Source of the DNA: a virus
DNA: 64,000 nt
Virus record (IMG/VR): IMGVR_UViG_3300025013_000002
Coordinates: 1 to 64,000 of that record
Reading direction: 5' to 3' (one strand)
Position numbers and translations under genes: made by a program. Positions within the stretch are counted from its first letter, which is position 1. The number at the start of each line of letters is the position of its first letter. Below, piece by piece: positions 26,802 through 36,545 of the stretch. The notes under the pieces were generated by a model. That model worked only from the letters and a program-made list of their open reading frames with translations. It was not told the origin of the DNA and searched no databases.

Positions 26802-27025
26802 ATCCCAACCCTCCTCTTCCTCTTTTTCCTCAGTGATAACGGCACCACCAATTCAGGCGCCCCATACTTCTCCGTGATTTTTTCCTCAGGCTGAAACTTC
26901 AGAAGTTCCTGGTACTTGCGTGAGTACTCCGCACAGCGCGACTTCGTGCCCGTCTTGCACATGTAGACGCATACGGTTGCATCCTTGGTCCCTCCGCATT
27001 TCAGGAGAGGACATCTCATTTGCAT
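26798..27025 (-). CDS. Cys-rich basic small protein
   Basis: GGAGGAG RBS, 75 aa. Confidence 0.55.
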   Translation of the reverse strand: MQMRCPLLKCGGTKDATVCVYMCKTGTKSRCAEYSRKYQELLKFQPEEKITEKYGAPELVVPLSLRKKRKRRVGI

Positions 27026-27424
27026 TGGGTCTCCTCCAGATCAGGCAGTGGGCAATCTTCGGGGAACACGTCCCACTTGATACGATCCCCCGTTTCCACG
27101 CAGTACTCAAAGCCTGACCTCACTTCGCAGCTGGGGCAGAAAAGGCAGTTCAAAATTGAGACGGTGTAGATTTTCATGTGGCCTCCTTTTTAAAAACTTA
27201 TGTCCAAGAATTTAGCTCGGTCGAAAGCCCGAAGCTGCTTGAAGTTAGACAGAATCTTATTGGGTAGGGCATCTAGGTCTCCTCCAAGTCCGGCAGTGGG
27301 CAGTGCCAGGCGATCTCGTTCGTGTTGGGAATGCCCTTTCCACTCGCAGAACAATAATCAGAGCCATAACCTTTGCTCAGATTAGGGCAGTTGTAGCAGC
27401 ACCAAACCTCTTCGGTGTAGATTT

Positions 27425-28141
27425 TCACGCAGCCTCCTCAATTCGCCTCTTGGCGATTTCAAAATAATTCTCATCCAACTCCATCCCGATGAAGTCTCGA
27501 CCCAAGCGCTTGCAGGCGACCCCTGTAGTTCCCGAGCCCATACAGTTGTCCAGCACAAGATCACCTTCATCCGTGTAGGTCCTCAAAAAATATTCCACCA
27601 ACTCAACCGGTTTCTGCGTCGGGTGAACCCCGTTCTTCTCAACAGAGAACCTCAGGACGCTTCGTGGGTACCTTTCCACGCTCCCTCCTCCGGAGGAAAT
27701 GGAATCCGCCTCAGCGTAACAACTGCCCGACCGTCGAGTGTAATAGGAGTTGACCGGCTTGTGCCCCGTGGTCATCTGCGGGTGATATTTTGGCAACTTC
27801 TTGTAGAAAATCAGGATGTTCTCGTGAGCCTTCATCGGAGCTTTCTTCGCATTCAGGTGGCCCGTTGCCGTGCCCTTCTCCCAAATCCATTCGTACCTGA
27901 GCAGCTTCAGGTTGCTGGCTCCGAGCACTTTGTCGAAAGGAGTCTGCGCGTGCAGCGCGATCACTCCTCGATCCTTGATTACTCGTTCGTAGTGCTGCCA
28001 GAGCCGGTCCAGCGGGATTATCGTGTCCCATTTGCACTGGGTCGTTCCGTAGGGAAGATCCGCACAAATCATATCAACGCTTTTGTCTGGGACCGACGAA
28101 AGCAGTTCAAGGCAATCGCCTTGTATCAGGTGAATCGTGAT
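27425..28141 (-). CDS. N4-C/N6-A DNA methyltransferase (beta class)
   Basis: IQGDCLELL...DLPY (motif IV variant), HPTQKP, VLDNCMGSGTTG (motif I). The conserved N-terminus extends upstream of ATG 28072 to an ATC at 28141 behind GGAGG. Confidence 0.9.
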   Translation of the reverse strand: MTIHLIQGDCLELLSSVPDKSVDMICADLPYGTTQCKWDTIIPLDRLWQHYERVIKDRGVIALHAQTPFDKVLGASNLKLLRYEWIWEKGTATGHLNAKKAPMKAHENILIFYKKLPKYHPQMTTGHKPVNSYYTRRSGSCYAEADSISSGGGSVERYPRSVLRFSVEKNGVHPTQKPVELVEYFLRTYTDEGDLVLDNCMGSGTTGVACKRLGRDFIGMELDENYFEIAKRRIEEAA

Positions 28142-28153
28142 AGGCCCTCCTCC

Positions 28154-29509
28154 CTAAAAACTAATTTTCGTGAACTTCGCTTTATCAAAAGCTTTCAACT
28201 CCTTGAAGTCGCTCAGAGGCTCCCCCGGAATCGTTTTGTAATTCCTGAATTTCATGAACTGGTTCGTGACCGTGCCTAGTTCCAGGTCCTCCTTGTCGGT
28301 GACCATCGCGATTGCCAAGTCTGCGTCGTTGATGATGTTCTGAGAAAAGCGAATCTTGCCTTCTTTGGAGTCGAACTGCAGCGGCGTGATGACGATGCAG
28401 TTCCCTCTCCTGGCGAACGTCTTCAAGGCCTTGGACATCTCCAGGTACCTCTCCCAGCTCTGAAGTCCTCGGTGCCCTGCACCAGCCGGGATGATCGTGA
28501 TGTAGTCACAAACATAAATCCGGACGCCCTTAGTGCTCCGCAGCAGTTCCATCTCCACCAAGAGGTCATCGAAGTTTGGAGCGTGGTCATAAATATAAAA
28601 CCCCTCCGGTTTCCGCTCGAATCGCAGAGCCGCTTCCTGGATGAACTCTTCTTCTGATAAACCCGCTTCAAGGCTCTCCTCCACAAAATTCACATCTGAA
28701 TTGATGAAGAGAAATTTCAACTTAGCTGCCCTTAATTTCCCCCGCTCCTCCTTTGTCAATTCATCAGAAATAATGTTGCCGAGATCCACGTCCGATTCAT
28801 GGGACCAGATCCTTGCCATGATCTCTTTCTTGCCCTGCTCCCAGCTCCAGTAGGCGACTCCCTCGCGGTACTTGTTGTACTGGTGGATGCCGATGGAGTG
28901 GGCTCGGGTCGATTTCCCCGTCCCGGTGTCGCCGCAGATCAGAACCAGCGAGCCAAGGGAAATCCCATTTCTTCGGTCGATGTCCGGAACGCCGGTTGTG
29001 CGCCACTCGAAGCTAACATCTGCACCCGCAAGGGTGAGCATGTCGGAATTCAAAATCTCGTTATCGCCCGTCAGTAGGATCTGCTCATGCAACCCGCTAA
29101 AAAGAGCGAAGGCCTTCTCCGTGTCCCTTGCTTCAGCGGCGTGGGCGATATCTTGGAGTCCCAATAAAAGATGACGCATCTTCACCTGGTCCGTCAGCTC
29201 GGTCATTAGCATGTCGTCGGTCAAGCCGTTGATGTCCCGTTCCTGGATCTGATCCAGCAAAGCCATCAGGTATCGCTGCTTGTCCACCGTCGAGCACTTG
29301 GAAGCTACGTTGCTCCTGAGAACGTCCCAGCCGATGAATTGGCCTGTGTCCACGAAGAATCTCTTGACCAAGGTGAAAAGTTTAGCAAGCTCCTCGTTGC
29401 CGAAGTGCCTTGGAGAGAGCCTTACTAGAAGCTCAGGATTTTTGTCTTGAAGCACCTTCTTGAGCGCGTTGAGTTCCAGTTGAACCGAGGCGCTCAAATT
29501 CGTACCCAC
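28154..29509 (-). CDS. DnaB-like replicative helicase
   Basis: GDTGTGKS, SWEQ, VCDYI, PLQ, RFS..I..DAD, KFRN. Confidence 0.88.
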   Translation of the reverse strand: MGTNLSASVQLELNALKKVLQDKNPELLVRLSPRHFGNEELAKLFTLVKRFFVDTGQFIGWDVLRSNVASKCSTVDKQRYLMALLDQIQERDINGLTDDMLMTELTDQVKMRHLLLGLQDIAHAAEARDTEKAFALFSGLHEQILLTGDNEILNSDMLTLAGADVSFEWRTTGVPDIDRRNGISLGSLVLICGDTGTGKSTRAHSIGIHQYNKYREGVAYWSWEQGKKEIMARIWSHESDVDLGNIISDELTKEERGKLRAAKLKFLFINSDVNFVEESLEAGLSEEEFIQEAALRFERKPEGFYIYDHAPNFDDLLVEMELLRSTKGVRIYVCDYITIIPAGAGHRGLQSWERYLEMSKALKTFARRGNCIVITPLQFDSKEGKIRFSQNIINDADLAIAMVTDKEDLELGTVTNQFMKFRNYKTIPGEPLSDFKELKAFDKAKFTKISF

Positions 29510-30285
29510 CCAGTCGCAGGCGGGACATCAATAGTGTCCTCTGCGAGCTTTTTGAGACCAGTCATAATCGAATCTCCGGTCGTGTGCCTAATCAGAGGCT
29601 CGTCGTAGACGTCTTCGTCTGGCCGGGAACCGAATTTATCTCTGTCGAACCAACCAAGATCGTCCTTGACAGGCTCGTCGTAGGCGTCTTCGAGCCACTT
29701 CTTGGTCAAGGGAAAAACCACTTCCTTCTCGATGTCTTCCACGAGATTTTTAGGCTTGAAATGCTCCCGGATGTAGGCAGGGCAGAGGCTCTCCGGAATC
29801 TCAGCCTTGTCCTCCACAGGTTTCAAGCGGTTGGTTGCACCGAGGTCCAGTTTTTCCTCAGAATCTTGCGTAGTAAGTATCGGGGGAGTAGACTTACTAT
29901 GCTGGTTAAAGTCGGAGCAGTAGACGATATGAGCGTCGCATCCTCCATACTCCCCAAAGAACGGGGGATTTTTGAGGGGAGGAAGTAGCCCTCCAGTCGC
30001 TGGAACATGACTGGTCGATTTGTCTAGCATCTCCTTCATGCAAGCCAAAAAAGCATCTGACTTCTCCACAGCCTCCAAGTTGCTGATCTCCCTCTGCAAA
30101 TACCACAAAGCCTTGCGAAGATCCTCCAGCGTTTTCCCTGAATCCTTCTTCCCCGCTCTCGAAATGTACTTCACGACGTTGCCGAGGCAGAAGCCAAGGT
30201 TCCAATTTTCAATAACTTTAATCGCTTCGTAGGTGTTGTCCTCGCCACCGTAGTGGCTCGGGTGGTTCACTTGCTCTTGGCTCAT
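29494..30285 (-). CDS. DUF3310 (T7 gp1.7-like) domain protein with long C-terminal extension
   Basis: VNHPSHY....EAI......GFCLGNVVKYISRAGKK...EDLRKALWYL; ATG at 30285. Confidence 0.8.
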   Translation of the reverse strand: MSQEQVNHPSHYGGEDNTYEAIKVIENWNLGFCLGNVVKYISRAGKKDSGKTLEDLRKALWYLQREISNLEAVEKSDAFLACMKEMLDKSTSHVPATGGLLPPLKNPPFFGEYGGCDAHIVYCSDFNQHSKSTPPILTTQDSEEKLDLGATNRLKPVEDKAEIPESLCPAYIREHFKPKNLVEDIEKEVVFPLTKKWLEDAYDEPVKDDLGWFDRDKFGSRPDEDVYDEPLIRHTTGDSIMTGLKKLAEDTIDVPPATGWVRI

Positions 30286-30479
30286 TAGTCCTCCACAAAT
30301 TCGATTTCGTCTTCCGCTACATTGTCCCCGTACAGCTTGAGGCTCAAGACATTGCGAAGCTCGTAGGGGTACTTCACGGCATCCCAGCCCTCGACTACCT
30401 CGCAAACCGTCCCTTCCGGAATTCCGTGATCTTCCGAGCCCTTCACCACAACTACCCGATCTCCTACTTTAAATTTCAT
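30285..30479 (-). CDS. small SH3/KOW-like protein
   Basis: MKFKVGDRVVV; GGAGG RBS behind two motif-A copies. Confidence 0.65.
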   Translation of the reverse strand: MKFKVGDRVVVVKGSEDHGIPEGTVCEVVEGWDAVKYPYELRNVLSLKLYGDNVAEDEIEFVED

Positions 30480-30488
30480 CCTGCCTCC

Positions 30489-30553
30489 AATTCACTTCTT
30501 GATTTTTAATTCACATCTGAATTCAACTTAGCACGAGCCATGTGGCGTGTCAA
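30489..30553 (-). promoter_or_regulatory. sigma70-type promoter with tandem motif-A operators
   Basis: TTGACA (30553-30548), then motif A at 30508-30523 and 30489-30504. Confidence 0.6.
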
Positions 30554-31877
30554 GAGAAAAATCAGGGTTGCCAATAATTTTGTATCCAAGTCCTCGGTAC
30601 CACCTCAGCCGATTGCCTGCGAACCTCCAGGCCAAATTGCCTCGGTCGTAGAGGTCGTAGACGATTGGCGTTGGTTTGCCTTCTAGCGCCCTGACGATTC
30701 TGCCTACGAGTTGCGTGACGGTCGCTTCGTTGTTTGTAGGTTTCGAGAGGATCAGGACGTCCAACGAAGGAATGTCTGTGCCTTTGTCCAGCTTCTTGTC
30801 AGCAAAAACCGCCTGCACATTTCCCGAGGCAACCTCGTCCTTCAACGCCTGGTCCTGCTTCAGAGTGGTCGAGCCTACGTAAAGAGTAGCCGAGCAAAAT
30901 TCACTCACCTTCGCATGAAGGTAGGTCAGCGACTCAATCCGGGCGCCCACGAAGAGCACTCGCCTTCCCCGCAGGACCTCCTTTTTTATTAGCTCGATGA
31001 TAAACTCGTTCCGCTTATCGTTCTGCGAAAGCTCGGTCAGGATCTTCGAGAAGTCGTCCGGGTTGTTCGAGCACCAGGCAACGTCCGTGGGTAAAAAATG
31101 GATCTCCGGGATCATCGTGTTGGAGTCCTTCATCTCCACTGAAATGTCCGCGATCAAGTCAGTCAAAACTTCGTTCGAAAATCCCTTCTTCATCAGCGTA
31201 GCTGTGGTCCCAATCCGGTACTTGTTGTTGAGGGACATCAGGACTTTTTTGTAGGTGGTCGCCGCTGAAATCTGCATCTCGTCGCAGACGCAGCAGCCGA
31301 AGAGGTCCTTCATCTTTTTCAGGATCTCGGGGTTTCGATTCAAAAATTGAAATGTAGAAATTACAACATCCGCTTCGAGATCCTTCTCCGACTTCAGGAT
31401 GGCTGCGTCCTTGTTCCAGACCATCTTGAAAGCCTCCTGCCATTGACCGGCGAGGTTGCCTTGGTCCACGAGGATCAGCGTCTTTTTCTGGAGGTGGCCT
31501 GCGACCCAGGTGTTGACACAACTTTTTCCTGCTCCGCATTGTGCCTTGAGCACTCCGTAGAAATTTCTTTGGATGAACCTCAGGAACTCCCCGGAGGGGG
31601 AGGCTTGATGTTCTCGCAGCGTGAAGCCCGCATTCAAAACAAAAGGCTCCTTCAGCCCAGCCCCTTTACTTCTCTCATCAACCAGTTCCTGCCCAGTCAA
31701 CACCGAGACCATCTTCAGCTTGGTTGAATTCAGAGGCAGGAAAGCAACTCCGTCCCGATAAATATAATTTTGGATCACCTCCCCGTTTCGATTTTCGTGG
31801 CTGTACATCTTCAGGACTTCTAATTTTGTTGAGTCCTGAAGTTCAACTCGGGCCAAATTTCTTATCAGGATGGGCAT
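30528..31877 (-). CDS. SF2 helicase (T5 D10-like)
   Basis: LREHQ, CGAGKS, CDEMQ, TAT, GTDIPSLD, QLVGRIVR, YDLYD. Confidence 0.88.
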   Translation of the reverse strand: MPILIRNLARVELQDSTKLEVLKMYSHENRNGEVIQNYIYRDGVAFLPLNSTKLKMVSVLTGQELVDERSKGAGLKEPFVLNAGFTLREHQASPSGEFLRFIQRNFYGVLKAQCGAGKSCVNTWVAGHLQKKTLILVDQGNLAGQWQEAFKMVWNKDAAILKSEKDLEADVVISTFQFLNRNPEILKKMKDLFGCCVCDEMQISAATTYKKVLMSLNNKYRIGTTATLMKKGFSNEVLTDLIADISVEMKDSNTMIPEIHFLPTDVAWCSNNPDDFSKILTELSQNDKRNEFIIELIKKEVLRGRRVLFVGARIESLTYLHAKVSEFCSATLYVGSTTLKQDQALKDEVASGNVQAVFADKKLDKGTDIPSLDVLILSKPTNNEATVTQLVGRIVRALEGKPTPIVYDLYDRGNLAWRFAGNRLRWYRGLGYKIIGNPDFSLDTPHGSC

Positions 31878-32055
31878 CAGTAGGTGGTCACCTTGGTGAG
31901 GGAACTTACTACCAAGGAATCTAACTCTGAACAGGCAAATCCCCTGCCCCACACCTCAATTTTCACTTGCAGCCCAAGCTCCTTGGCCTTCTCCAGCTTC
32001 TGGTTCAACACGAAAATGGCATCTCGGATTTCTTCAGCGAGCTTTTCTTCTTCGT

Positions 32056-32334
32056 TCATTTTCCCAACTCCTCCCTTTCCTTGTAAGCAGCGACCGAGAC
32101 TTCCAGTGGCACCACCGGGGTGAGCATCTGTGGCGAAAATGGGTAGCCGAAAGTAAGCTGCCCGACCCAGATCTTCCGGTGCTTCATGAGGTCCGCGAGA
32201 TCAGTGTCGTCCAGTTCCCAGCAGGTCCAGACTAACCCCGTTGTGTCCTTGCAAATCAGCGCAGGAAGATCCAGGTACTCGGGCTGATCCTTGCCTAAAA
32301 TTACGTTCTGCCCTTTAAAACTCGTGGGTTTCAC
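32056..32334 (-). CDS. conserved phage hypothetical protein
   Basis: F..QN..LGKDQPEY.DLPA....TCWEL...IW.GQLTFG.PF.P pattern. Confidence 0.7.
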   Translation of the reverse strand: MKPTSFKGQNVILGKDQPEYLDLPALICKDTTGLVWTCWELDDTDLADLMKHRKIWVGQLTFGYPFSPQMLTPVVPLEVSVAAYKEREELGK

Positions 32335-32513
32335 TCCTCAAACTCCTTCGCGATAAAGCTCGCTCTGTAATGTAACTCCAAAAAATTGTTGTCTTCCGGG
32401 TGGTTGAGTACGTGGTCCATCAGCCTGTTTAAAATCTGGCTGAAGATTGGGCCTGGCTTCAGGCCCATCTCAATGAGGTCCGATTCCTTCAAGGCTAAGT
32501 CAGCGAAGTTCAT
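32331..32513 (-). CDS. stand-alone CCA-adding-enzyme C-terminal (tail)-like domain
   Basis: DLAL...DLIEMGLKPGPIFSQIL..L.D.VL..PE.N resembles the tail of class II tRNA nucleotidyltransferases. Confidence 0.55.
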   Translation of the reverse strand: MNFADLALKESDLIEMGLKPGPIFSQILNRLMDHVLNHPEDNNFLELHYRASFIAKEFEE

Positions 32514-32684
32514 TTCCTCTCCTATCCCAAATACCTGTTAGGTGCAGCACCTCTACCCAAATTCATCTGCCATTTCAGGTGGCCTCTGGCCCACCAGTCC
32601 TTCAACTCTTGGAGGGTAAAATTTCCGGCGAAGCACCCAACGCCCTTCTCCCTCAACCACTTGACTCGCTTGCCTCTCATTTTT

Positions 32685-33089
32685 CTACCTCATGCTCTGC
32701 ACCAAGTTGTGGCTGCAGTAGCCGTTTTTGGCTACGCTGATCGCCTCGCCTGTTGAAATAAAATACCCGCCCAAATCCCAGTCCTTAACCAGGTCTCGCA
32801 AATAACCGTAACTGATTCCTAAAATGTAGGCAGCGTCTTTCCGCGTGTAGCCTTCCGACGCCACTTGAATAACGTCCTCTTTCGAGACGCAGCGGGAGCT
32901 GGCTCTGGTGTGAGGGTACAAGTGGGTCATGCCATTTTTACGAATCACCTCCCCGAAATTCCTTAAGCTAAGCCCCAACCTCTTAGCAGCAGCACGCTGG
33001 TTCAATCCAGCGACTCCAACGCAGTCGGCGTAGGTGATGCCACATTGAGGGAAGAGGATTTTGTTGGTGTTGGTCAAAATTTCCTCCAT
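32685..33089 (-). CDS. tandem helix-turn-helix protein
   Basis: GLNQRAAAKRLGLSLRNF and GYTRKDAAYILGISYGYL. Confidence 0.65.
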   Translation of the reverse strand: MEEILTNTNKILFPQCGITYADCVGVAGLNQRAAAKRLGLSLRNFGEVIRKNGMTHLYPHTRASSRCVSKEDVIQVASEGYTRKDAAYILGISYGYLRDLVKDWDLGGYFISTGEAISVAKNGYCSHNLVQSMR

Positions 33090-33394
33090 TTCTATTCAGA
33101 TGTGAATTTGTTAGGGCAAAAGGATTTCCATGTCGTCATCAGGGTGCAGAGGAGTCACCTTCAAGGCTCCTCTTCCTCCCAAGGTGTCGAGCAAATCCTC
33201 GCACCAGAGCCAACTCCTACGACGGCTTCTATACTCCTTCTCGTACCACGCCACCTCCCTCTCCAACCCTTGGTACGGGTTTTGAATTTTATCGTAGGGA
33301 AGTGGAGGGCGCTGAGCGTGAACATCAGCGACTGCTCTTTCCGCCACCTGTTTTCTTAGCAACCTACCTGCTTTGCCCATTTTTTTTTACTCCT

Positions 33395-33700
33395 TTATTT
33401 ATACCTCACGACGGGCTCTGCGGCGTCCTCTTGGCACTTCATTGGCTGACTGGGTTGATCAGGATAACCTCCTTTTTGGTTAACCTGAATCACGGTCACG
33501 TTGTCCTCGAACCCGTAGTTGCCGTTGTCAGAGGTACTCGTGACCGCCAGAAATTGTAAGCCGAATTTGCAGAACGGCCTCACAAAAATTGTGGCTTGTG
33601 TTCCTCCCTTTTCGGTAGGCACGCGTCGAACCTCGGTCCCTGCCTGGGCTGCTCCAGCGCCGAGACACCAAACTATAAAAGCTGCTGCGAAAATTCTCAT
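33395..33700 (-). CDS. exported protein with signal peptide
   Basis: MRIFAAAFIVWCLGAGAAQA signal-like N-terminus with AxA cleavage site. Confidence 0.6.
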   Translation of the reverse strand: MRIFAAAFIVWCLGAGAAQAGTEVRRVPTEKGGTQATIFVRPFCKFGLQFLAVTSTSDNGNYGFEDNVTVIQVNQKGGYPDQPSQPMKCQEDAAEPVVRYK

Positions 33701-33711
33701 TTTTATTTCTC

Positions 33712-34803
33712 CTATTCCGCCGCCTTCACGTTCAATAAAGGCTTGATATGGTCAATCACCCTCACGGTGACTCCCTCCTGCTTTGCCAGCACGTAATTGA
33801 TGTCCTTGTAGGCGGCGGGTGCCTCATCTAGGATCGAACGGTCGGTCGAGCAGATGATCCCGCGCATCCCGTCCTTGAACTCCTGATAATCCAGCGTCTT
33901 CTTCGCCTGATTCCTGCCCATGACCCTACCGCAGCCGTGAGACGCCGAGGAGAGATAATGAGTCTCGCCCAAGCCCTCCGTGATATAAACCCCGTCCCGC
34001 ATGTTGGCGGGGATTACGCCGAGCTGCCCAAGGTCCGCTGGAGTCGCACCTTTGCGGTGCAGGACTCCTTCAGCAGTTACAACGGCGTGATTGTGGTTCT
34101 CGTTGATGAGGTTCTTCATCAGGAGCTTGGAGACCTGAGAAATCCCAAGCACACCCAGAACCGCCTTCATCATCCTCAATCGGTTCTCCAGTGCCCACTC
34201 AAGAGCGAAATTCATGTCCTGAAGGTACGCCTGTCCAAGCTCAGATTCAAGCTGGAACATCCGGCCCTGCTTCATATACCAGCCGCCGATTGTGTGACCT
34301 ACGTTTCTGGAGCCTGAGTGGATCGTGATGCAGAGACTACCGGCTTGGTTCTCGCCCAACTCGATGAAATGATTTCCACCACCTAGCGTTCCGAGTTGAG
34401 TGCCTACTTTAGCCTGGACCTTCTGGAGTGTATTTTTGTCCAGCGCTTCGGACTTGAATTTTCTTGAGTAACTTTTCTCCGAAGCATGTGAGGAGAACCC
34501 CGTAGGGATTACCTTCAGGATGTCGTTGTAGATGCCACGCAGCGTTGTGACCTCAGCAGCGACCATCTGCGTGTCCAAGCAGCACATGCCACACCCGATG
34601 TCGTATCCGACGAAACTCGGAGATATCATCCCATCCAGGAGAGCTACCCCTCCAATCGGCAGGTCGTAACCTGCGTGGACATCAGGCATGATCGCCAGCT
34701 TCTTCAGGCAATCCAATTCCAGTACATCAAAAATCTGCTGCTGAGCGGACTGCTCAATTTCCTCCAGCGGAACCATCGAGAACAACTTGTCGAGCTTACT
34801 CAT
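33712..34803 (-). CDS. rtcB: RtcB RNA ligase
   Basis: MPDVHAG, VGYDIGCG, GTLGGGNHFIE, HSGSR, HNH, HRKGAT, SASHGCGR, DEAP.AYKDI. Confidence 0.95.
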   Translation of the reverse strand: MSKLDKLFSMVPLEEIEQSAQQQIFDVLELDCLKKLAIMPDVHAGYDLPIGGVALLDGMISPSFVGYDIGCGMCCLDTQMVAAEVTTLRGIYNDILKVIPTGFSSHASEKSYSRKFKSEALDKNTLQKVQAKVGTQLGTLGGGNHFIELGENQAGSLCITIHSGSRNVGHTIGGWYMKQGRMFQLESELGQAYLQDMNFALEWALENRLRMMKAVLGVLGISQVSKLLMKNLINENHNHAVVTAEGVLHRKGATPADLGQLGVIPANMRDGVYITEGLGETHYLSSASHGCGRVMGRNQAKKTLDYQEFKDGMRGIICSTDRSILDEAPAAYKDINYVLAKQEGVTVRVIDHIKPLLNVKAAE

Positions 34804-34877
34804 CTCTCCCTCCTAAATTCACTTCCGAATTCCTACTCCAAAAGGAAGCGGCCTCCAAGAAACCGCCTCCCTCCAAA

Positions 34878-35234
34878 TCAACCCTCAATAATATCCGAGA
34901 TCTCCTTCAGCACTTTCTTCCCCTTCGCCGTCAGATAAACCGCGTTCGCCTTTCGGTCATCTACGTCGGGGCGCTGTGCAACCAACTCGTAACCAGCTTT
35001 CGTTTTATTCCCATTGTCGGATTCTACCAGGTAGACCGAAAGTTTTTTGACGTTTCGAGAAACGGTACCTTGGGGCCACCCAAGTTTCTCCGCTATTTTC
35101 GGTTGCGTGATCCCATCCTGCTCAGCGATTGCCAGTAAAAGCATGACGTGCTGCAGGGGAAGTTCTGCGAATATTTTTTCCAGCACATGCTGCGCCTTCT
35201 TGAACTTCACGAGACCACTTGTTAATCCAGCCAT
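34878..35234 (-). CDS. MarR-like winged-helix DNA-binding protein
   Basis: IAEQDGITQPKIAEKLGWPQGTVSRNVKKL...DRKANAVYLTAKGK. Confidence 0.85.
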   Translation of the reverse strand: MAGLTSGLVKFKKAQHVLEKIFAELPLQHVMLLLAIAEQDGITQPKIAEKLGWPQGTVSRNVKKLSVYLVESDNGNKTKAGYELVAQRPDVDDRKANAVYLTAKGKKVLKEISDIIEG

Positions 35235-35326
35235 TTTGTTTTCCTCCTTGTTTTGGTTTTATTTTCTAAGCCAGCAATTCAAATTAGAATTTACATTCGA
35301 TTGTGAATTGCCTAACTCAAAAATTT

Positions 35327-35683
35327 TTAAGCTGAGGATTCCACGATGGACCTCAACTCCTTGAAAATCTGCCTTCCTCTAATCGACAGGACCACTTCTC
35401 GTTCACGGCGGTTCTCCAAGCTGATTCTCAAATTGATCAGCCCGTAGCCCATTTTCACCGTCCTCTTGGAATCTATAGCGACCAAATAAGATGGACCCAG
35501 CAGCCTCAACATATTTGTTAAGGTGGCTCTGCCCAGCTTAGAAAGGTCCTTCAAATCCGAGATTGTGATTCCTTCTTGCTCAGCTACCAGCAAGAATAGG
35601 TTTATCAACGAGGACGAAATGCCTTTAAATCTCTCTCCGTACAACTCCTGGAATCGCTCAGCGTAAGCAGGGTCGAGAGGCAT
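35327..35683 (-). CDS. second MarR-like winged-helix protein (paralogue)
   Basis: VAEQEGITISDLKDLSKLGRATLTNMLRLL...NRREREVVLSIRGR; probable ATG 35683 downstream of a TTGACA promoter. Confidence 0.8.
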   Translation of the reverse strand: MPLDPAYAERFQELYGERFKGISSSLINLFLLVAEQEGITISDLKDLSKLGRATLTNMLRLLGPSYLVAIDSKRTVKMGYGLINLRISLENRREREVVLSIRGRQIFKELRSIVESSA

Positions 35684-35786
35684 GTCGTCTCCAGTTGGTA
35701 TCCATTTGTGATTAAGAATACACATCTGATCCGAGAGTGTCAAGCGGTTTGACTCAGATTTTCAAAACAAGGAGGTTTGAATTGTT

Positions 35787-36545
35787 CTACTCGGCCACCT
35801 CGATGTCGTCGAAGCAACCAGGAAACCTCGCTTGCATCAACCTGAGAAGCGGCATTGAAACCTCTCGCATTTGCGGATGTGCTGCTTTCGCCGTCCTGAG
35901 TTTGAAGAACAGGCGCCACTCTCGGAGATTTGCGGTCATTACGAGTTCTGTTTTTAGGCTGTTGGGGAGGACCGAACGGGCTTGCTCGGGACGCTCACCA
36001 AGGTGGCGTTGGCGCAAGTAGTTGTCCTCAGCCAGTTGCATTGAATAAAGCCAGCCGGTCATCGGGTCGCCTAATTCTTCCAGCGTGGCTCTTGCTGCGT
36101 CGTCAGTCGCGATGCTTGCTTCGCCCGGCAGCAACTGAGGATACCAAGGCGGTATCATGAACCCCAAGCTCTGAGGTAGCCACTCCGCATCACAAGCAGG
36201 GCAAGTAACCTCCGCGTACCTAGCCTCCATAGACCCACCACAAGCGCCACATACCACTCGTGCGGCGTAATCACAATAGCGAGTCGATTCCTGACTGAAG
36301 CTCGCGATCCGGTGTCGCACAAGCTCGTGCGAGACACCCCGGGCACACACAAACCTAACCGAAGCTGCAGCATGTTCTAAAACAGACTCGTGGCCGCGCT
36401 TCAGGATCATCGCTACGAACTTCTCTGCGGAGTCCTCGGTGATCTTGTCCTCTGACTTGTAGCAGGTCCTGCCTGCGAGTTCGATCAGCTTCAGGGCGTC
36501 CGGGGTGGAGGATATGATTTCTACTGAGGGTTTTATAAGTCTCAC
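35787..36545 (-). CDS. thyX: flavin-dependent thymidylate synthase
   Basis: GHESVLEH, RGVSHELVRHRIASFSQESTRY, ARSVLP, NLREW..F.KLR...AHPQMR. Confidence 0.95.
   Translation of the reverse strand: MRLIKPSVEIISSTPDALKLIELAGRTCYKSEDKITEDSAEKFVAMILKRGHESVLEHAAASVRFVCARGVSHELVRHRIASFSQESTRYCDYAARVVCGACGGSMEARYAEVTCPACDAEWLPQSLGFMIPPWYPQLLPGEASIATDDAARATLEELGDPMTGWLYSMQLAEDNYLRQRHLGERPEQARSVLPNSLKTELVMTANLREWRLFFKLRTAKAAHPQMREVSMPLLRLMQARFPGCFDDIEVAE

Noticed and set aside
19071-36545. Inteins or introns in polymerase, helicases, RtcB or ThyX
   Set aside because: Protein lengths are normal and no C/S...HN splice junctions or LAGLIDADG blocks are visible.
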